A stretch of 64,000 bases of DNA from Thermomicrobiales bacterium (GTDB taxonomy: Bacteria > Chloroflexota > Chloroflexia > Thermomicrobiales > UBA6265), in the NCBI GenBank assembly GCA_039809985.1, contig JBDHWC010000002.1, forward strand, positions 21,917-85,916. Direction: 5' to 3'. The notes beneath the pieces were generated by a model. It was not told the origin of the DNA. It ran no database searches and saw only the letters and a list, made by a program, of their open reading frames with translations. The position numbers and the translations under genes were made by a program. Shown piece by piece: positions 59,689 through 64,000 of the stretch. Position 1 is the first letter of the stretch. Each line of letters begins with the position of its first letter.

Positions 59689-60693
59689 ATGGGCACCGAT
59701 TTCATGGCCAGCGTTCGCCAATGGACCGAGGACGCCATGGCCCGCGGCCAGCAGACTCTCAGCGAGATCCCGGGCTACTCCGGCTACCGGCAGAAGGAGG
59801 ACCGGCGCGACGAGGACAAGCGCGTCCGCGACCAAGTTGCCGCCAAGTACCGGGCCGAGGGACGGCGAGTCGAGCGGATCGCCGGCGAACTGGCCGACCA
59901 GCGTCGGATCGGCGACATCAAGCCGGTCGACGACCTCGCCAAGGCGATCCAGCATCTCGTCGACCGCGTCAAGACCGCCACCTACGGCTACGGCGGCATC
60001 TTCGGCAGCAACGACATCGACCTGACCGCCCTCGACCAACTGCGCGCCTTCGACCTCGGCCTGCTGGACGGCGTCGCCCAGCTCGACACGTCGGTTGCCG
60101 CCCTCGAGCAGGCTCACGCTTCAGGCGGTGACCTCGCCGCGCCGGCGAAGGCCGGACTCGCCGTGGTCCGCTCGCTGCAGGACACCTTCGACCTCCGCGG
60201 CCAAGTCGTCGAGTCCGGCAAGCCGGCCCCCGCCGAGCAGGTGCTTTCCGTCCTGCAAGCGCCAAGCACACCGGTGACCGCACCGAAGATCGGCATCGGC
60301 GACGCGGTTTCGATCCTCGGTGACGACTTCGTGGCCGAGGCCGCGATCACGGTGTCCGGCGGGCCGGCCGAGTTCGAACTCCTGCGCCTCCGCTCGCAAC
60401 CGGAGGAATGGCTCCTCGTTCCCGGCAAGGGGACGACGGGTTACGCCCGTCTCAAGCCGGGCGACACCTCCTCGCTGGTGGTCAGCGCCTCCGGCAGCGG
60501 CCAAGGGAACGCGACCGGCGCAGGCGGCACGTCGACGCCGCGCCCGGTGCGCTGGGAGCTGCTCGCCGGCAAGGCGGATCAATCCGCCCGCGGCGTGCGT
60601 CTCAACTGGGGAGCCGACGCCCTCTCGCTCGTCGGCACGGAGGTCGACGCGTCGGACATCGACGTCTACGGCAAGCCCGCCAAGGGCAACTGA
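59689..60693 (+). CDS. hypothetical protein (helical N-domain + DUF4178-like beta domain)
   Basis: IPGYSGYRQKEDRRDEDK..TATYGYGGIF; C-terminal IGDAVS..EEWL region; GGAGG RBS; in the pspA operon. Confidence 0.75.
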   Translation: MGTDFMASVRQWTEDAMARGQQTLSEIPGYSGYRQKEDRRDEDKRVRDQVAAKYRAEGRRVERIAGELADQRRIGDIKPVDDLAKAIQHLVDRVKTATYGYGGIFGSNDIDLTALDQLRAFDLGLLDGVAQLDTSVAALEQAHASGGDLAAPAKAGLAVVRSLQDTFDLRGQVVESGKPAPAEQVLSVLQAPSTPVTAPKIGIGDAVSILGDDFVAEAAITVSGGPAEFELLRLRSQPEEWLLVPGKGTTGYARLKPGDTSSLVVSASGSGQGNATGAGGTSTPRPVRWELLAGKADQSARGVRLNWGADALSLVGTEVDASDIDVYGKPAKGN

Positions 60694-60743
60694 GCCGGAT
60701 TCGGAGTGGAGCCGGACGAACGCCGGCTCGGAGGAGTCAGCAG

Positions 60744-61451
60744 ATGGGCATCCTGGATCGTGTCTCGCGCCTCGTTCGCGCCAACGTCAACGACCTCCTC
60801 GACTCGGCCGAGGACCCGGAGAAGATGCTCGACCAGATTCTGCGGGACATGCAGTCGAGCATCACCGACGCCCGTTCGCAGGTGGCGGCGATGATCGCGC
60901 AGGAGAAGGAACTCGAGGCCGACGCCGCGCAGACGCGCCACCTCGCCGACGAGTGGGGCGCGAAGGCCGAACGGGCGGTCAACGCCGGCAAGGACGACCT
61001 CGCCAAGGTGGCCCTCACCCGGCAGCGCGACTACCAGCAGCACTCCGCCACCTACGAGCAGCAACTGGCCGTCCAGAAGCAGACCGTCGAGCAGCTCAAG
61101 GGCCAGCTCCGGCAACTGGAGGCCAAGTACGAGACCGCCTCCGGCCAACGCGACGCGCTGATCGCGCGCCAGCGCCGCGCCCACGCCCAGCGGCAGGTCG
61201 CGGAGCAGGTGGTGGTCTTCTCGCCGTCCGACCCGTCGGCGGAACTCGACCGCATGGAGAAGAAGATCCGCACCGACGAGGCGCGCACCGCCGCCGCGCT
61301 GGAGATGCACGACGACAGTCTCGAGGCCCAGTTCCGCGAACTGAACGACGACGACACCGACATCGACATCGCCCTCGCCGACCTCAAGCAGCGGCTTGGC
61401 AAGGGCGACGGCGCGAAGTCGCTGCCGGCCGGGGACGACAAGAAGGCGTAG
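60744..61451 (+). CDS. pspA: PspA/IM30 (ESCRT-III-like) protein
   Basis: MGILDRVSRLVRANVNDLLDSAEDPEKMLDQ..W..KAERAV..DDLAKVAL..LDRMEKKI..LEAQF. Confidence 0.95.
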   Translation: MGILDRVSRLVRANVNDLLDSAEDPEKMLDQILRDMQSSITDARSQVAAMIAQEKELEADAAQTRHLADEWGAKAERAVNAGKDDLAKVALTRQRDYQQHSATYEQQLAVQKQTVEQLKGQLRQLEAKYETASGQRDALIARQRRAHAQRQVAEQVVVFSPSDPSAELDRMEKKIRTDEARTAAALEMHDDSLEAQFRELNDDDTDIDIALADLKQRLGKGDGAKSLPAGDDKKA

Positions 61452-61492
61452 CGCGGCGTCGGACGGACGTCCCGCGGCGGAGGGAGGGACCG

Positions 61493-62539
61493 ATGGCGGT
61501 TCTCGATCTGGTCCAGTACCCGGTTGAATACCCGAACGAGGTGGTCCACCGCGTTCCGGAGTCGGGATCGGGCGAGTTCCGGCTCGGCTCGCAACTGGTC
61601 GTCCGCGAGAGCCAGACCGCGGTCTTCGCCCGCGACGGCAAGGCGCTCGACGTCTTCGGCCCGGGCCGGCACACCATCTCGACGAACAACATCCCCCTCC
61701 TGACGGGCCTGATCGGCCTGCCGTTCGGCGGCAAGAGCCCGTTCACGGCAGAGGTCTACTTCGTCTCGATGCGGGAGTTCACCGACCTCAAGTGGGGCAC
61801 CTCCCAGCCGCTCGTCTACCGCGACAAGGAACTCGGCATGGTCCGCCTGCGGGCCTTCGGCACCTACTCCTTCCGGGTGCAGGACCCGCAGCTCCTCACC
61901 AACCAGTTCGTCGGCACGCGGGCCAGCTACACCACCAACGACGTCGAAGAGTTCATGCGGCCGATCATCGTCAACGAGTTCAACGACCTGCTCGGCAACG
62001 CCCAGACCTCGATCCTCGACATCCAAGGGATGACCGGGGAACTGGCGACCACGGCCCGCAACGCCCTGCAGGACGACTTCGGGCGGGTCGGCCTCCAACT
62101 CGCCACGTTCCAGATCTCGGCCATCACGCCGCCGGACGAGGTGCAGCAACGGATCGACGAGCGATCGTCGATGGCCGCGCTCGGCGACCTGAACGCCTAC
62201 ACCCAGTTCAAGACCGCCGAGGCCATCGGCACCGCCGCGGCCAACGAAGGGGCCGGCGGCGGCGCGGCGGCGACCGGCGTCGGGTTCGGCGCGGGGATCG
62301 GGATGGGCCAAGCCATGGCCGACGCCATGCGCGAGGCCCGGTCCGCGCCGCAGGGTGGCGCGGCGGCCCCGGCGACCATGAACTGCCCGCGCTGCCACGC
62401 GCAAGTGCCGGTCGGCAGCAAGTTCTGCCCGAACTGCGGGCAGACGCTGCAGGCCGAGCCGGTCATCTGTCCGAAGTGCGGCACCCAGAACCCCGCCGGC
62501 AGCAAGTTCTGCACCAACTGCGGCACGGCGCTGACCTGA
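61493..62539 (+). CDS. SPFH (band 7, YdjI-like) protein with double zinc ribbon
   Basis: GSQLVVRESQTAVF..GPGRHT..KWGT..RLRAFGTY; CPRC..CPNCG..CPKCG..CTNCG. Confidence 0.92.
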   Translation: MAVLDLVQYPVEYPNEVVHRVPESGSGEFRLGSQLVVRESQTAVFARDGKALDVFGPGRHTISTNNIPLLTGLIGLPFGGKSPFTAEVYFVSMREFTDLKWGTSQPLVYRDKELGMVRLRAFGTYSFRVQDPQLLTNQFVGTRASYTTNDVEEFMRPIIVNEFNDLLGNAQTSILDIQGMTGELATTARNALQDDFGRVGLQLATFQISAITPPDEVQQRIDERSSMAALGDLNAYTQFKTAEAIGTAAANEGAGGGAAATGVGFGAGIGMGQAMADAMREARSAPQGGAAAPATMNCPRCHAQVPVGSKFCPNCGQTLQAEPVICPKCGTQNPAGSKFCTNCGTALT

Positions 62540-62570
62540 CCGCCGATTCGAAGCAACTCGGGGGCGCGTC

Positions 62571-62603
62571 GCGAACGGGCCGGCCGCGTGCCGGCCCGTT
62601 CGC
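62571..62603 (+). terminator. stem-loop after the pspA operon
   Basis: GCGAACGGGCCGGC-CGCGT-GCCGGCCCGTTCGC. Confidence 0.6.
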
Positions 62604-62725
62604 TCGCCCCCGAAGCCTCGACATTGGTGTCCGTACAGGTCGGAACCGGCGCTCCAACACGGAAAATGGTAAGATTCCCTTGACAATCGCCATTCAAATG
62701 GGTTGCCAACGAGAGGATTCGTCGC

Positions 62726-64000
62726 GTGGAGATCGGCAACGTCCGGCTGGCCAGCATCGACACCGAGATGCGCCAGTCCTATCTCGACTACGCCATGAGC
62801 GTGATCGTCCAGCGCGCCCTGCCGGACGCGCGGGACGGCCTGAAGCCGGTCCACCGGCGCGTCCTCTACGCCATGGCCGAGATGGGTCTCCGCTCCAACG
62901 CCCGCTACCGGAAGAGCGCCGGCGTCGTCGGCGAGGTGCTCAAGAGCTACCACCCGCACAGCGACAGCGCCGTCTACGACACCATCGTCCGGCTGGCGCA
63001 GGACTTCAACCTCCGCTACCCGCTGGTTGACGGCCAAGGCAACTTCGGCTCGATCGACGGCGACGGCGCGGCGGCGATGCGCTACACCGAAGTGCGCCTG
63101 ACCAGCATCGCCGACGAGCTGCTGGCCGACATCGACAAGCAGACGGTCGACTTCAAGCCGAACTACGACGGTTCCGCCGAGGAGCCGACCGTGCTCCCCG
63201 CCCGCCTGCCGAATCTGCTGATCAACGGCGCGGCCGGGATCGCGGTCGGCATGGCGACCAACATCCCCCCGCACAACCTCGGCGAGATCTGCGACGCGAT
63301 CTCGCTGCTGATCGACAACCCCGAAGCCACGCTCGACGACCTGATGGAGGTGGTCAAAGGTCCGGACTTCCCGACCGCTGGCGTCATCCTCGGGCGCGAG
63401 GGCATCCGATCCGCCTACGCCACCGGTCGCGGCCGCGTCGTGATCCGAGCCAAGGCGTTCGTCGAGGAGTCGCCGCGCGGCGGCCGCTTCCAGATCGTCG
63501 TCAACGAACTCCCCTACCAAGTCAACAAGGCGGCCTTGCTCGAGCGCATCGCCGAACTCGTCAAGGACGGCAAGCTCGACGGCATCAGCGACCTGCGCGA
63601 CGAGTCGGACCGCACCGGCATGCGAGCCGTGATCGAGCTGAAGCGCGACGCCCAGCCGATGAAGGTGCTCAACAGCCTCTTCAAGCACACCGCGCTGCAG
63701 ACGACCTTCGGCGTCAACATGCTCGCCCTCGTCGAGAACGGCACCCAGCCGCGCGTGCTGACGCTGAAGCGGGCCCTGCAGGAGTACGTCTCCCACCGAC
63801 AGATCGTGGTCACCCGGCGCACCGAGTTCGAGCTCGAGCGGGCCCGCCGCCGCGCCCACATCCTCGAAGGGCTCAAGATCGCGCTCGACCAGATCGACGC
63901 GGTGATCGCCACCATTCGCCGCTCGCGGACGACCGAGACCGCCCGCACGAACCTGATGGGCGAGTTCAAGCTCTCCGAGCTGCAGGCCAACGCCATCCTC
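62726..64000 (+). CDS. gyrA: DNA gyrase subunit A (5' part; runs off the window end)
   Basis: [70 protein letters not shown]. Absent from the ORF track because there is no stop in the window. Confidence 0.97.
   Translation, partial: MEIGNVRLASIDTEMRQSYLDYAMSVIVQRALPDARDGLKPVHRRVLYAMAEMGLRSNARYRKSAGVVGEVLKSYHPHSDSAVYDTIVRLAQDFNLRYPLVDGQGNFGSIDGDGAAAMRYTEVRLTSIADELLADIDKQTVDFKPNYDGSAEEPTVLPARLPNLLINGAAGIAVGMATNIPPHNLGEICDAISLLIDNPEATLDDLMEVVKGPDFPTAGVILGREGIRSAYATGRGRVVIRAKAFVEESPRGGRFQIVVNELPYQVNKAALLERIAELVKDGKLDGISDLRDESDRTGMRAVIELKRDAQPMKVLNSLFKHTALQTTFGVNMLALVENGTQPRVLTLKRALQEYVSHRQIVVTRRTEFELERARRRAHILEGLKIALDQIDAVIATIRRSRTTETARTNLMGEFKLSELQANAIL

Noticed and set aside
62680-62710. TTGACA upstream of gyrA as a -35 box
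   Set aside because: No acceptable -10 at 16-18 nt; an extended -10 TGGTAAGAT at 62667-62675 is an alternative, so the promoter cannot be resolved.

Overview
High-GC, gene-dense bacterial chromosomal segment, most consistent with Chloroflexota (Thermomicrobiales-like). This taxonomy is inferred from a GAAC-N4-GTTC LexA box, secreted proteins with signal peptides ending in A-Q, and the overall gene repertoire. It holds about 57 plausible CDS. Housekeeping genes include prs, rnc, ftsH-hpt-tilS, mfd, mutS2, lexA, purA, gpsA, fabZ and the 5' part of gyrA. Other content includes an acetoin dehydrogenase-type acoABCX cluster, a sugar-acid/ribose cluster, a GAF-PAS two-component stress region, comEA/comEC, sat-cysC with TauE, a PspA/SPFH envelope module and three tRNAs (Ala-CGC, a CAT-anticodon tRNA that is probably Ile2, Glu-TTC). 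No integrase, transposase, CRISPR array or rRNA was seen. Main second-look items: (1) a redoxin whose apparent TGA stop looks like a selenocysteine codon followed by a SECIS-like hairpin; (2) a tandem pair of small Gly/Asn-rich proteins with no basic residues, an identical 62-nt 3' end, their own promoter/operator and flanking hairpins (candidate fibre/amyloid or peptide-precursor system); (3) a CAT tRNA transcribed directly into tilS; (4) a PspA operon led by a membrane winged-helix/zinc-ribbon protein; (5) two paralogous secreted proteins sharing an unrecognised N-terminal module. All calls come from reading motifs; no database search was run, and start codons were picked by eye.
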